From the NCBI GenBank assembly GCA_963797555.1, contig CAWCPV010000005.1:64001-128000 (forward strand): a DNA stretch of 64,000 bases, given 5' to 3'. The notes beneath the pieces are model-generated. The model did not search any database. It was not told the DNA's origin and worked only from the letters and a program-made list of their open reading frames with translations. This document shows positions 50,426 to 59,539 of this stretch, one piece after another. The translations under genes and the position numbers were made by a program. The number at the start of each line of letters is the position of its first letter. Position 1 is the first letter of the stretch. This DNA is from an uncultured Gammaproteobacteria bacterium (GTDB lineage Bacteria; Pseudomonadota; Gammaproteobacteria; CAWCPV01).

Positions 50426-51298
50426 ATGGAGAAGGGGTTGCCGAGGTGGTTGGGTGGGCGCGTGCTGAGCGCGGGGGAGCTTGAGAGCATACGGCGGGAG
50501 GCTCGGCTGGCGGAGCCCCGAGTGCGAGCCGAGGTGGCGCGGCGGGTGTGTCGGGTGCTGGGGTGGACCGATGCAGCCGGTAGGCCCAAGCTGATGAGCT
50601 GTCGAGTCGGGCTGCTGCGGCTGCATCGGGCAGGCTGGATCGAGCTGCCGGCGCCGCGCAACGGTAACGGCAATGGGAAGGGGCTGTCGCGCGAGCCGCA
50701 AGATTGGCCCGCTGAGGTACCGGTGGTGGGCGCAGTGCGGGATTTGCAGGGTCTGCACTTGGCGCCGGTTGCTGACCCGGCGGACTCGGCGCTGTGGAAT
50801 GGGCTCATCGACCGGTACCATTATTTGGGCTACCGGCCGCTGCCCGGTGCCCAGCTGCGCTATCTGATTCGCTGGGACGCGGGTGTGGTGGGGGCCATGG
50901 GCTTCGGGGCCGCGGCCTGGAAGGTGGGCGTGCGCGACCGCTGGATTGGCTGGGATGCGCCAAGCCGTGCGCAGCACCTGGGGCAGGTGCTGAACCATGC
51001 GCGGTTTCTCATTCTGCCGTGGGTGCGGGTGGCGAACCTGGCCTCCAAGGTCCTCGGGCGGGCCGCGCGGCAGGTGCCGGGCGAGTTCGAAGAGCGCTAC
51101 GGGGTACGCCCGGTGCTGCTGGAGACCTTTGTCGAGGCCGGCCGGTTCGCGGGCACCTGCTACCGGGCGGCCAACTGGCATCATCTGGGGCAGACCACCG
51201 GGCGGGGCAAGCTCGACCGTGAGGCGCTGCCCATCAAGGATGTCTATGTGTATCCGCTCGATGGCCGCTTTCGCCGGGCGCTCGGGGGAGCCGCATGA
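50426..51298 (+). CDS. DUF4338 (Druantia DruA-like) domain protein
   Basis: WN.LIDRYHYLGY..LPGAQLRY, RDRWIGW, N.ARFLILPWVRV.NLASKVL, PVLLETFV, F.GTCYRAANW..LG.T.GRG. Confidence 0.85.
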   Translation: MEKGLPRWLGGRVLSAGELESIRREARLAEPRVRAEVARRVCRVLGWTDAAGRPKLMSCRVGLLRLHRAGWIELPAPRNGNGNGKGLSREPQDWPAEVPVVGAVRDLQGLHLAPVADPADSALWNGLIDRYHYLGYRPLPGAQLRYLIRWDAGVVGAMGFGAAAWKVGVRDRWIGWDAPSRAQHLGQVLNHARFLILPWVRVANLASKVLGRAARQVPGEFEERYGVRPVLLETFVEAGRFAGTCYRAANWHHLGQTTGRGKLDREALPIKDVYVYPLDGRFRRALGGAA

Positions 51299-52629
51299 AT
51301 GCCCTGGCCGAGGAGCTGGCCGCCATCGACTTGGGTGATGCGCGCCTCAACCGCCGGGCGCGACGCACCCTGGAGAAGCTGGGAGCCCATCCCATGCAGA
51401 GCATTCCCACCGCCTGTGGCGGCTGGGCCGAGACCTTGGCGGCTTATCGGCTGTTCGACCATCCCCAGGTCACCGCCCAGGCGGTGCTCGAGCCCCATTA
51501 CGCCTGCACCGAGCAGCGTATGCGCGAATACTCGGTGGTGCTGTGCATCCAAGACACCACGGAAGGGGACTATAGCGGCAAGAACGACATCGTCGGGCTG
51601 GGCCCGCTCAACTACGAGACCCGCCGTGGATTGTACCTGCACCCCACCCTCGCCGTGACCCCCGAGCGGGTGCCCTTGGGGCTATTGGATTTATGGAGCT
51701 GGACCCGCGAGGCGGGCAGTCTGGGCAAGGAGCAGGGCCGCCGGCCCATCGAGGAAAAAGAGAGCCTGCGCTGGCTGGAGGGTTATCGACGCGTCTCGGA
51801 GCTCATCGAGTCCCTGCCCGAGACCCAGTTGGTCTATGTCGCCGACCGCGAGGCCGACATCTACGAGGTGCTCGCGGAACGCGCCGCCACGCAGCCCTGC
51901 GCCGAGTGGCTCATCCGCGCCGAGCGCGCCCGGCTCGCAAGCGCGCCGGTGCTGGCCGAGGCCGAATTCGACCTGCCCGCCACCGCTAGGCGTCCGGCGC
52001 GGCGCATCCACCAGCAACTGCGCGTCGCACGCCTCACTTTCAAGGCCCCGCATCGCTCGGACCGCACCCTGGCGGACATCGAGGTGAGCGCCGTGCTGGC
52101 CCGCGAGGTGGACCCGCCCCAGGGCGAGGAGCCCATCGAGTGGCTGCTCCTCACCAGCCTCCCCGTCGAGACCGCCGAGCAGGCCCTGGAGAAGCTCCAA
52201 TGGTACCTCTGCCGGTGGCAAATCGAGGTGTTCTTCAAGATCCTCAAAAGCGGCTGCCGCATCGAGAAGCTGCAGCTCGAGACCCTCGAACGCCTGGAGC
52301 CCGCGCTCGCCTTCTACCTCATCATCGCCTGGCGGGTGCTCTACCTCACCCTGCTCGGGCGCGACTGCCCGCAGATGCCCTGCAACGTGGTGTTCGCCGA
52401 GGAGGAATGGCGCGCGGTGTATATCGTCACCAAGCGCCAGCCCCCGCCTGAGACACCCCCCTCGCTCGATGCGATGGTGCGTATGGTGGCGAGCTTCGGC
52501 GGCCTCCTCAATCGCAAGGGCGACGGCTTCCCGGGTCCGCAAAGCCTGTGGATCGGGCTGCAGCGAACCCGCGACTTCGTGCTCGCCATGGACGCACAAC
52601 GGGCCTCACAGAGCCCGAGATGTGTATAA
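51295..52629 (+). CDS. IS4 family transposase (Tn5-like)
   Basis: LGDARLN.R, CIQDTT, YVADREAD, WLLLTS, Y..RWQIE.FFKILKSG, GG.L.RKGDG.PG. Confidence 0.92.
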   Translation: MNALAEELAAIDLGDARLNRRARRTLEKLGAHPMQSIPTACGGWAETLAAYRLFDHPQVTAQAVLEPHYACTEQRMREYSVVLCIQDTTEGDYSGKNDIVGLGPLNYETRRGLYLHPTLAVTPERVPLGLLDLWSWTREAGSLGKEQGRRPIEEKESLRWLEGYRRVSELIESLPETQLVYVADREADIYEVLAERAATQPCAEWLIRAERARLASAPVLAEAEFDLPATARRPARRIHQQLRVARLTFKAPHRSDRTLADIEVSAVLAREVDPPQGEEPIEWLLLTSLPVETAEQALEKLQWYLCRWQIEVFFKILKSGCRIEKLQLETLERLEPALAFYLIIAWRVLYLTLLGRDCPQMPCNVVFAEEEWRAVYIVTKRQPPPETPPSLDAMVRMVASFGGLLNRKGDGFPGPQSLWIGLQRTRDFVLAMDAQRASQSPRCV

Positions 52630-52974
52630 CGACATGATCCCGAGCCCGTCGCCGCCTTCCAATGGGCCGCCTACCCGGTGCCCAACTCCCTGGCCGTCGC
52701 CTCGTTGGCGTTGCTCGGCGCGGTCTTTCCCCCGCTGATGGCGGGAAGGATCTTCCTTTCCCTGCTGCCTCTCTCGTGGTACGTCGTCCTGGGTCGATTC
52801 GTTCGCCGCATCGACGTTTCTCTGGACCGGGTTCATCGGTTACCAGATGGGAGTTGCTGATGACTTTGTTTGTTGCGCGCTTCAACGTCCAAACCAGACC
52901 CCAGGAAATCGGCCTTTTCGGGGTCCTGCTCTTTTTCGCGCATGCCATGACGTTTCTCATCTTCGTGGGGCAAT

Positions 52975-53792
52975 CGAGCACTTGGGTGAGCGAGAACTCG
53001 GCCTGCAGGATGGACAGCGCGTATCGGTAACCCGCTTGCCAGTCCTCCGGGCGAAAGGGGTGAGGCAGCCGCGCCAGCCACTTGCGAAACACCGCTTCGA
53101 TCTTCTCGGCGTCCAGCTCCGCGCACAGTTGCTGCAGCCGCTGGGGGTTCTCGCACCAGAGCACACCGTTGTCGAGGGCAGTGAAGGCGATGCCCTCCTT
53201 GGCGAGCTGGCGCTTGACCCACTCGTGGCCATTGAGGCACACCTTGACCGCATAGGGGAAGTACGAGCAGAACTTGATAAACAGCGGCCCGAAGTCCTCA
53301 TCCAGGAGGTAGAAGTAATAGTGGTTGGGCAGGGCCGAGCCGCGCGTGATCCAAGGATAGCGCTGGCCGGTCTCGGGGTGCTTCCTGCCGGTGGTGCGGA
53401 ACACCGAGGCCTTCTCCTGGGCCTTGCCGATGAACAATACCCCTTCGGAGAAAGCACACCTTGCCAGGTACTCCTTCGCCACATCGTCCTTGCGCTGTCC
53501 TTTCTCGAAGTCGGGCTAGAGCAGGCGCTGCAAACCAAGGACCGGGAGGACCTGCGGGCGCGTCGCATCGAAGGAGAACTCCTGGGATGCGAGGGTAGCG
53601 GACATCCTCAGCCACTGTACCTCAACGGCTATGTGCCTGGGCTGCAGAGCGAAGGGGGCTTTGTGCATTTCGTGCGCAGTCACCTTGGCTATCCCATCGC
53701 CTCCACCGCGGTGATCGCCCCCATGACCGAGGCGTTCGTCCGCTCCATCTGGCGGTTTGCGCAGGAGAGGCGCATTGATGTGGTCGCCTTCG
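52975..53792. pseudogene. Fragment of an uncharacterised mobile-element-associated protein, split by an internal inversion
   Basis: Minus strand FEKGQRKDDVAKEY...YYFYLLDEDFGPLFIKFCSYFPY...NGHEW...QAEFSLTQV. The preceding segment LYLNGYVPGLQ...RRIDVVAF lies on the plus strand at ~53616-53791. Confidence 0.6.
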
Positions 53793-54214
53793 CGGATTCG
53801 CGGGGTAGGGATACCGTAAGTGATTGAAATCGCGAGGGGTCACATGCCAAGGTCTGCACGACATCGCGGTGGCTGAGGCGGTGTGAACGGTGCTGATTTT
53901 CGGAGCTGGTTGCGCGGGCAGTTCGAGCTTCAACTGCGCGAGCAGCAGTCGCAGTTCGGGCTCAGGTTGGGTGTAGCGGGTGAATGTCAATTCGCGCCCA
54001 TCGGTGGTCGGCACCTGCATATCCACCATCTGCACGGCGGGAAATTCCCCCAGCACGCTGCGCGTGGTTAATCCGGGCGCAAGCGCATGCAAACGTCGCC
54101 CGAGCGTGACATGCAGACAATAAGCGAGAAAGGCGATGAAGATGTGGGCTTCGATACGCTCGATGTGTTGATGAAAGATGGGCCGAATGGCCAAATCACC
54201 CTTGAGATTCTTGA
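53788..54214 (-). mobile_element. IS1634-family transposase C-terminal remnant with right end
   Basis: NLKGDLAIRPIFHQ...RIEAHIFIAFLAYCL, VPTTDGREL...RYTQPE, LPAQP.PKI. Confidence 0.82.
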
Positions 54215-56350
54215 AGCCGGGGCGCCCCTCTCACAGCTATCACACCTACCTCATGGCGGGGCTGGGGCTGGTCGTCGGCGCCGAGGTCAAGGCGGGCGAT
54301 GCGCACTCGGGCAGCCACAGCCTGCCGGGGCTGCTGAAGATACTCGACGCCCTCTCGCCCCCCAGACGACCGAAGCTGGTGCGCGGCGATTGCGGTTTCG
54401 GCTCCGACACCCTCACTGGCCCCGCTGGAGGAGCGGCAACCACCCTACCTGTTCAAGCTCAAGCTCTCGAAGAACGTCAAACGTCACATCGAGCGCATCT
54501 TCTGGCGCAGCGGCTGGTCCGATGCCGGTCAGGGCTGGGAAGGCAAGGACGGCAGCCTGCGTCTCGGTGGCTGGCAGGCGCCGCGGCGCGTCGTGGTGTT
54601 ACGCCGTCCGCTCCAGGGCGAAGTGCTGATTGCGCAGGACCATAACGGCCAGCAACTGCTGGGTTTCATCAAGGCGGACCGAAAGGTGGGTAAGAACATC
54701 ACCGGCTACGAGTATGCCGTGCTGGTGACCAATACCGACTACGAGATTCGAAGGCTCTTTCCGGAATCGTGTGGGTAGCAATGGCTATGGCGTGGGGGCA
54801 TCTGCCTGATCTCCGACACCAGCGGGTGTGTTGAACGGCGAGGCGGGCAGGTGGGCCAGGTTGCCGGCGATGAGGTAGGCGATGGTGATGAGCGAGTGCG
54901 TGGTGCGGTAGCCCCGGGCGCGAGCCTTGGCGGCCTGGATGAGGGAGTTGATGCCCTCGGCGCGGCCGTTGGTGAGGCCCGAGTGGAACGCAGCGAGCAC
55001 GCCGTCCCAATGCTCTTTGAGGGTGGTGGCGAGGCGCTTCATGGGCTGCAGGCGGCTACGCCGTGCCCAGCTATACCAGCGCCCGAGGGCGCTCTCGGCC
55101 TGCTCGAGGGTGCTGGCCGTGGCGTAGATATCGCGCAGCGCCTCCTTGAGGCGCCAGGCGCGGGCGGTCTTGAGGCGGGCGCGGGAGAGCCAGTGGAAGT
55201 CGGTGAGTTGGTCCCAGCCAGGTCCAGCGGGTGCCCCTGAGGGCGGGCTCGGTCTTGATCTCCTGGCGGCGCACCGCGTCGACCGCCTCGTTGGCGAGCT
55301 TGATGACATGGAAGGCATCGAAGCTCACCGTAGCCTGAGGCAGATGCTTGGCCACCCCGGCGCGGTAGGCGGCGGACATGTCGATGCACACCTGCTCGAT
55401 GGCCTGCGGGTCGCCGCCGTGCGCCTTGAGGTCGGCGGCGAAGGCCGCCACGGTGCTCTGGTCGCGGCCCTCGCAGGCGAACAGCAGGCGTTTTCCCGTG
55501 AGGTCATGGAACAGGCTGATGTAGTGCTGTTCACGCCGGGCAGCGGTCTCGTCCAGGCCCACAGCGCTCACCTGCGAGTGGTCCTCCTGAGCACGGGCCC
55601 TGCCTACGTAGCGATCGAGCACCCCCCACAGGCGCTCATCGCCCACACCCAGGTGCCGAGCCACGGTCGCCACCGGCATGGCCTGGCACAGCGTGACCAC
55701 CAGCGCCTCCATCAGCGCCGTGAAGCCACTGTGGGCGCGCGCCCACGGCGCTTCGACCTGGGTCGTCTTGCCGCAGGCCTCGCAGCGCACCCGCGGCAGA
55801 TGCGCGTGCAGGTACGCCCGTGACTTAAAGAAGCTCAGGTGCTGCCAACTGCGCTCCCGGGTGTCGTGCACCGGCTGGCCTTGCACTCCGCAGGCCGGGC
55901 AGGCAAAGCGGCTGCCCTTGGCAAACGCCACATCGAGATCGATGCGCCCAGCCTCGGGGTCGAACCGCACGTCGGTGACCTCCCAAGGCGCTGTCAGGCC
56001 CAGTGCCGTGGTAAACAGATGCGTGGGCTGCACGGTGCTCCCCCCTTGGATGACGGCCTGTGGATTTGTGGACGAGTCCTGCGGAGCGGCCCGCGTCCCA
56101 AGGACCGTGTGGACAACCTCCCGGTTGCCCACACTCGCGGGCCTCTCGCCCACAACCCCACAAGCCCAACCACAAGATGTTGTGATAAGCGACCAGTCAG
56201 GGCAAATGCTACTTCACCACCGCGACCCACACAATTTCCGAAAGAGCCGATTCGAAGCCTCGGCCAACTCTACCGGGACCGGGCCGACGCCGAGAATGCC
56301 TTCGAGGAGCTGAAGAACCAGTGGGGTTGGGGCGGCTTCACCACCCACGC
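54214..56350 (+). mobile_element. IS1380-family transposase remnant interrupted by ISL3
   Basis: KPGRPSH, LVRGDCGFG, YLFKLKL, GW...RRVVVLRR, YEYAVLVT before 54752; QLYRDRADAENAFEELKNQWGWGGFTT after 56249. Confidence 0.82.
54753..56248 (-). mobile_element. ISL3-family IS (1496 bp); transposase from GTG at 56033 is frameshifted at ~55215
   Basis: 24-bp imperfect TIRs ggctcttt..g.aat.gtgtgggt; 8-bp TSD gattcgaa (54745-54752 and 56249-56256); CPAC/CEAC Zn motifs, GLDET, CIDMS.AY, FDAFHVIK, TNG.AEGINS.IQ.AK.RARGYR. Confidence 0.93.
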
Positions 56351-56879
56351 CTCCAGAGAGTATCACCATGATTATAGCCATTCGTAAACGACTAGAAATA
56401 TCAAATACCACTATACGTGGCACCATGATTCGGCTGATTTCCAACTGCCCGCCAGTCACCATGCCGCTTTGCGAGCCGGCACGCCCCGAGGACTGTTGAA
56501 GATGGGTCAGAGTGGCGGTTTCAACTTGCTCGCGAACTCAAGGCTGCAGGTCTTCCAGTTGATATGAACCAGGCAGTATAGCTTTAGACGCGGCCTAACT
56601 GGCGTACGTTGCCGACGGCCTTAGCTGTCACGAGGTCCCTGGAAAGCCCTACCTCAGGAATGTCCGCAGATAGCGCGCAACCCCGGCGCCAGAGGGCCAG
56701 GTTGAGAGGGAGGCGAGAGGGGGGGACACATGGGATGAGACGGGACGACGTGGGCCTACGTGGGATGGACTAGGGAGCGCTCGACCGGACCACCGGGCAA
56801 CCTATCGTTCCGGAGTGTGCCGACAGTGTGCCGCTGAAACCAGCAAGGCTTGAGCTTCAGCCTAAGCCTTGGTTTTTTA

Positions 56880-56953
56880 TGGCTGGGGGACGAGGATTCG
56901 AACCTCGGTTAACGGAGTCAGAGTCCGCTGTCCTACCGCTAGACGATCCCCCA
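56880..56953 (-). tRNA. tRNA-Gln (anticodon CTG)
   Basis: TGGGGGATCGTCTAGCGGTAGGACAGCGGACTCTGACTCCGTTAACCGAGGTTCGAATCCTCGTCCCCCAGCCA; cloverleaf, GTTCGAA T-loop, encoded CCA. Confidence 0.97.
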
Positions 56954-57015
56954 AACAGGCGTCTGCGGGGCGGGGCACCCAGAAGCGCGGACCCGCAAGC
57001 GAGGGTATCCCGAGC

Positions 57016-57408
57016 CTAGCGCTTGGAGTACTGAGTCGCCTTACGCGCTTTGTGCAGACCGACTTTCTTGCGCTCGACCTGACGCGCGTCCCGCGTGAGG
57101 AGCCCGGCCTGACGGAGCGGGCTACGCAGGTTTTCGTCGTGAGCCACCAAAGCCCGGGTCAGTCCATGTCGGATGGCACCCGCCTGCCCGGTCATGCCAC
57201 CGCCCGCCACCGTAACATCAACGTCAAAACGCTCAGCAAGCTCCAAGAGGTCGAGCGGTTGCCGCACGACCATTCGCGCGGTCTCCCTGCCAAAGTACTC
57301 GTCAAGAGGTCGTCGATTCACTGTCACCCTTCCTGTACCAGGGCGAAGGAACACGCGCGCCGCGGCAGTCTTGCGGCGTCCAGTACCGTAATGGGGTCGC
57401 TCTGCCAT
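57016..57408 (-). CDS. rpsI: 30S ribosomal protein S9
   Basis: [48 protein letters not shown]; 130 aa. Confidence 0.98.
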   Translation of the reverse strand: MAERPHYGTGRRKTAAARVFLRPGTGRVTVNRRPLDEYFGRETARMVVRQPLDLLELAERFDVDVTVAGGGMTGQAGAIRHGLTRALVAHDENLRSPLRQAGLLTRDARQVERKKVGLHKARKATQYSKR

Positions 57409-57418
57409 GAGGCCCGCG

Positions 57419-57848
57419 TCAGATGTCCAGGGGCCGTGGCTGCTGAGCGGCGTGCCGATGATCCGCACCGGCGTATATCTTGAGCTTGCGAAGCATAGCT
57501 CGGCCCAACGGGTTCTTCGGAAGCATGCCTCGCACGGCGGATTCGATGATGCGCTCCGGCGCCCGCTCGACGAGCCGTTCGAAACTTTCGCCCTTGATGC
57601 CACCCGGGTAGCCCGAATGCCGGTAGTACATCTTATCCGCACCCTTCTTGCCCGTAACGTAGACCTTCGACGCGTTGACCACGATGATGTGGTCACCCGT
57701 GTCCACGTGCGGCGTGAACTCGGGCTTGTGCTTACCACGCAGACGCCGAGCAATCTCGCTCGCCAAGCGACCCAGCGTCTTGCCGCTCGCGTCGACGACG
57801 AACCAGTCCCGATTGAACGTCGGCCGGTCTTGCGCTGAACGTTGTCAT
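57419..57848 (-). CDS. rplM: 50S ribosomal protein L13, apparent +1 frameshift at ~57817
   Basis: [11 protein letters not shown]|[41 protein letters not shown]...HSGYPGG...[10 protein letters not shown]; span 430 nt (3n+1). Confidence 0.95.
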
Positions 57849-57947
57849 GGAGCTACGCCCGAGGCTGCCTGCCCAATGAAGAACGGTTATCGTACGTTCG
57901 GGGACGCCGACTGTCAAGGTCGCTTGTTGCGAATATGTTAGCCCCAA

Positions 57948-58375
57948 GTAGTAATGTTCCCTCTGTGCAAGGTAGAAATGTCCCCTTTTGGTGGCAACCG
58001 AGGGGGGTTAGGCGTTGGCAGAGGAGGTCTTGAGTGTGAGCAGGAAGGAGCTGGACCGGGTGTGGGTGATGCAGGCGTTGGTGGCGGGGCGGATGAAGCA
58101 GGGCGAGGCGGCTCGGCAGCTTGCGGTGAGTGTGCGTCAAGTGAAGCGGCTGCTGCGCGGCTACCGGCGCGAGGGCCCGCAGGGGTTGGTGTCGCGGCGC
58201 CGGGGGCGGCGTAGCAACCACCGGTTGCCGGAGCGGCTGCGCTGCCAGGTACTGGAGCGGGTGCGGGCGCATTACCCGGACTTCGGGCCGACGCTCGCCC
58301 ACGAGAAGCTCACCGAGGTCCATGGGCTGAGGGTGTCGGTGGAGACCCTGCGGGGCTGGATGATTGGAGACGGGG
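57948..58375 (+). mobile_element. IS1202/IS481-like (ISNCY) left end and 5'-only transposase fragment
   Basis: aatgttccc..aaatgtcccc subterminal motifs; ORF from 58015 with HTH (AARQL.VS.RQVKRL) and YPDFGPTLAHEKL...VS.ETLR.WM, then truncated. Confidence 0.75.
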
Positions 58376-58612
58376 CGCCTCCCCATCTTCCTGATTGCGA
58401 GAAAAGTTGTGCCAACAAGGGGAGTCCTGCGGGAGGTGCCGGTCCGCCTGCTTGGGCCGCAGGAGGGGGGCGTTGAGATGCGCGGATGAAGGCACATCAC
58501 TTCTTGGACCTGCACGCGCTGCCCCCTCCTCCTCGCCAAACCCCAAACCCCGCCACTCAGCACCTGCACCCATCGACGGACTTTGACGGGACCGTGGCGC
58601 CCGCCTGGCTGG

Positions 58613-59350
58613 CTATGGCTGGTTGCACAGGACGGGTGTCCAATGCTGGCCCCGGGCCACCAGCGTGCTTACATGGTGTCGTCCTAGGTCCAGGTCACAC
58701 ACTGACCACTGCCCCGCAAGCGCGTCGCCCGACATGGGAATTGGGCTGGCACATTCCCACGGTAGGCCCGAGAGATCGAGGCCCGCCAGCCCGAGCAGCC
58801 CCTGCCCCGTCGCCTTCAAGAGGGCCTCACGCCGTGTCCAGTGAACCAGGAATCGGCGCGGGCGCAGGTCGGGAGGAAGACTTCTCAGCATCGCCAGCTC
58901 TCGCGCGGAGAAGAATCTGCGAGCCAAGGCGAGGCAATCGAGCGGGCGCGCCAGATCCTCCACGTCCACGCCGACAGGCCGGTCCAGACCGAAGGCGTAA
59001 ACGGCCAGAGCCTGTGAATGCGACAGATTGAACTCCAGGCGCGTTGCCCGAGTGAGCACTGGCTTGCCGCCTGGTTGATAGCTTATCTCCACCGCGTTGG
59101 AAGACGCGCCCAAGTAGCGCGCCAGCAGAGCCCTAAGCATTCCGCGGGCGATGACGAAACGCCGGCGGTCGTCGTCGAATCGGTAACGGGCTGCCCGCGT
59201 CATCTCTTCTGCGGATAACAGGCCCGCCAGCTCAGCAACCCGGGCTCCCCGGGTGTCGAGCGGGACGCACCACACATGGACATGGTCGCGGCGCAGCGGT
59301 GGGCTGTCCTTCGCACTCACGAGCACCCGTAGCTCCCGCCCCAACGGCAT
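58613..59350 (-). CDS. Sfp-type 4'-phosphopantetheinyl transferase
   Basis: LSAEE..RA.RY, ARG.LR.LL..Y, GKP, FNLSHS, VGVDVE, WTRREA.LKATG.G. Confidence 0.92.
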   Translation of the reverse strand: MPLGRELRVLVSAKDSPPLRRDHVHVWCVPLDTRGARVAELAGLLSAEEMTRAARYRFDDDRRRFVIARGMLRALLARYLGASSNAVEISYQPGGKPVLTRATRLEFNLSHSQALAVYAFGLDRPVGVDVEDLARPLDCLALARRFFSARELAMLRSLPPDLRPRRFLVHWTRREALLKATGQGLLGLAGLDLSGLPWECASPIPMSGDALAGQWSVCDLDLGRHHVSTLVARGQHWTPVLCNQP

Positions 59351-59539
59351 CTCGCCTTCCGCCGGCCCACCGGTGATAATGTGTCGCCTCCACGGTTCCT
59401 CGTGCAGGCCGTCATGGTCTTGCTCTGGAGAACGCGGCTGCCAGCCGCGGAGTCCCCTAAGACATCGCAGCCGACTTGTGTCCTTTCACGACGTTCCAGA
59501 CCCGGCGCCCCGCACGACGATCATCTAGGCCCCTGACCG

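Larger units (their letters stand above)
50317..52636 (+). mobile_element. IS4-family (IS50/Tn5-like) element with DUF4338 passenger gene
   Basis: 19-bp TIRs catggcgttatacacatct (50317-50335) and agatgtgtataacgacatg (52618-52636), 18/19 identical; no target-site duplication. Confidence 0.88.

Noticed and set aside
50426-51298. Druantia defence system
   Set aside because: No DruE helicase or other Dru genes; the gene lies inside IS ends
52618-52636. Nextera/Tn5 mosaic-end adapter contamination
   Set aside because: Differs from AGATGTGTATAAGAGACAG after 12 nt and has an inverted partner at 50317 bracketing a cognate transposase, so it is a genuine IS end
54745-56256. GATTCGAA as a duplicated tRNA att core
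   Set aside because: It matches the tRNA T-loop only by chance and is exactly the 8-bp TSD flanking the ISL3 TIRs
56350-56700. Lower-GC stretch as a gene
   Set aside because: No convincing ORF or motif; probably a fragment of island cargo
47959-56879. Complete DGR cassette or other RT system
   Set aside because: No reverse transcriptase motif, Avd or template repeat is visible in the window
57419-57848. rplM pseudogene or programmed frameshift
   Set aside because: L13 is essential, there is no slippery sequence, and the indel context matches gshA and prs, so error is more likely
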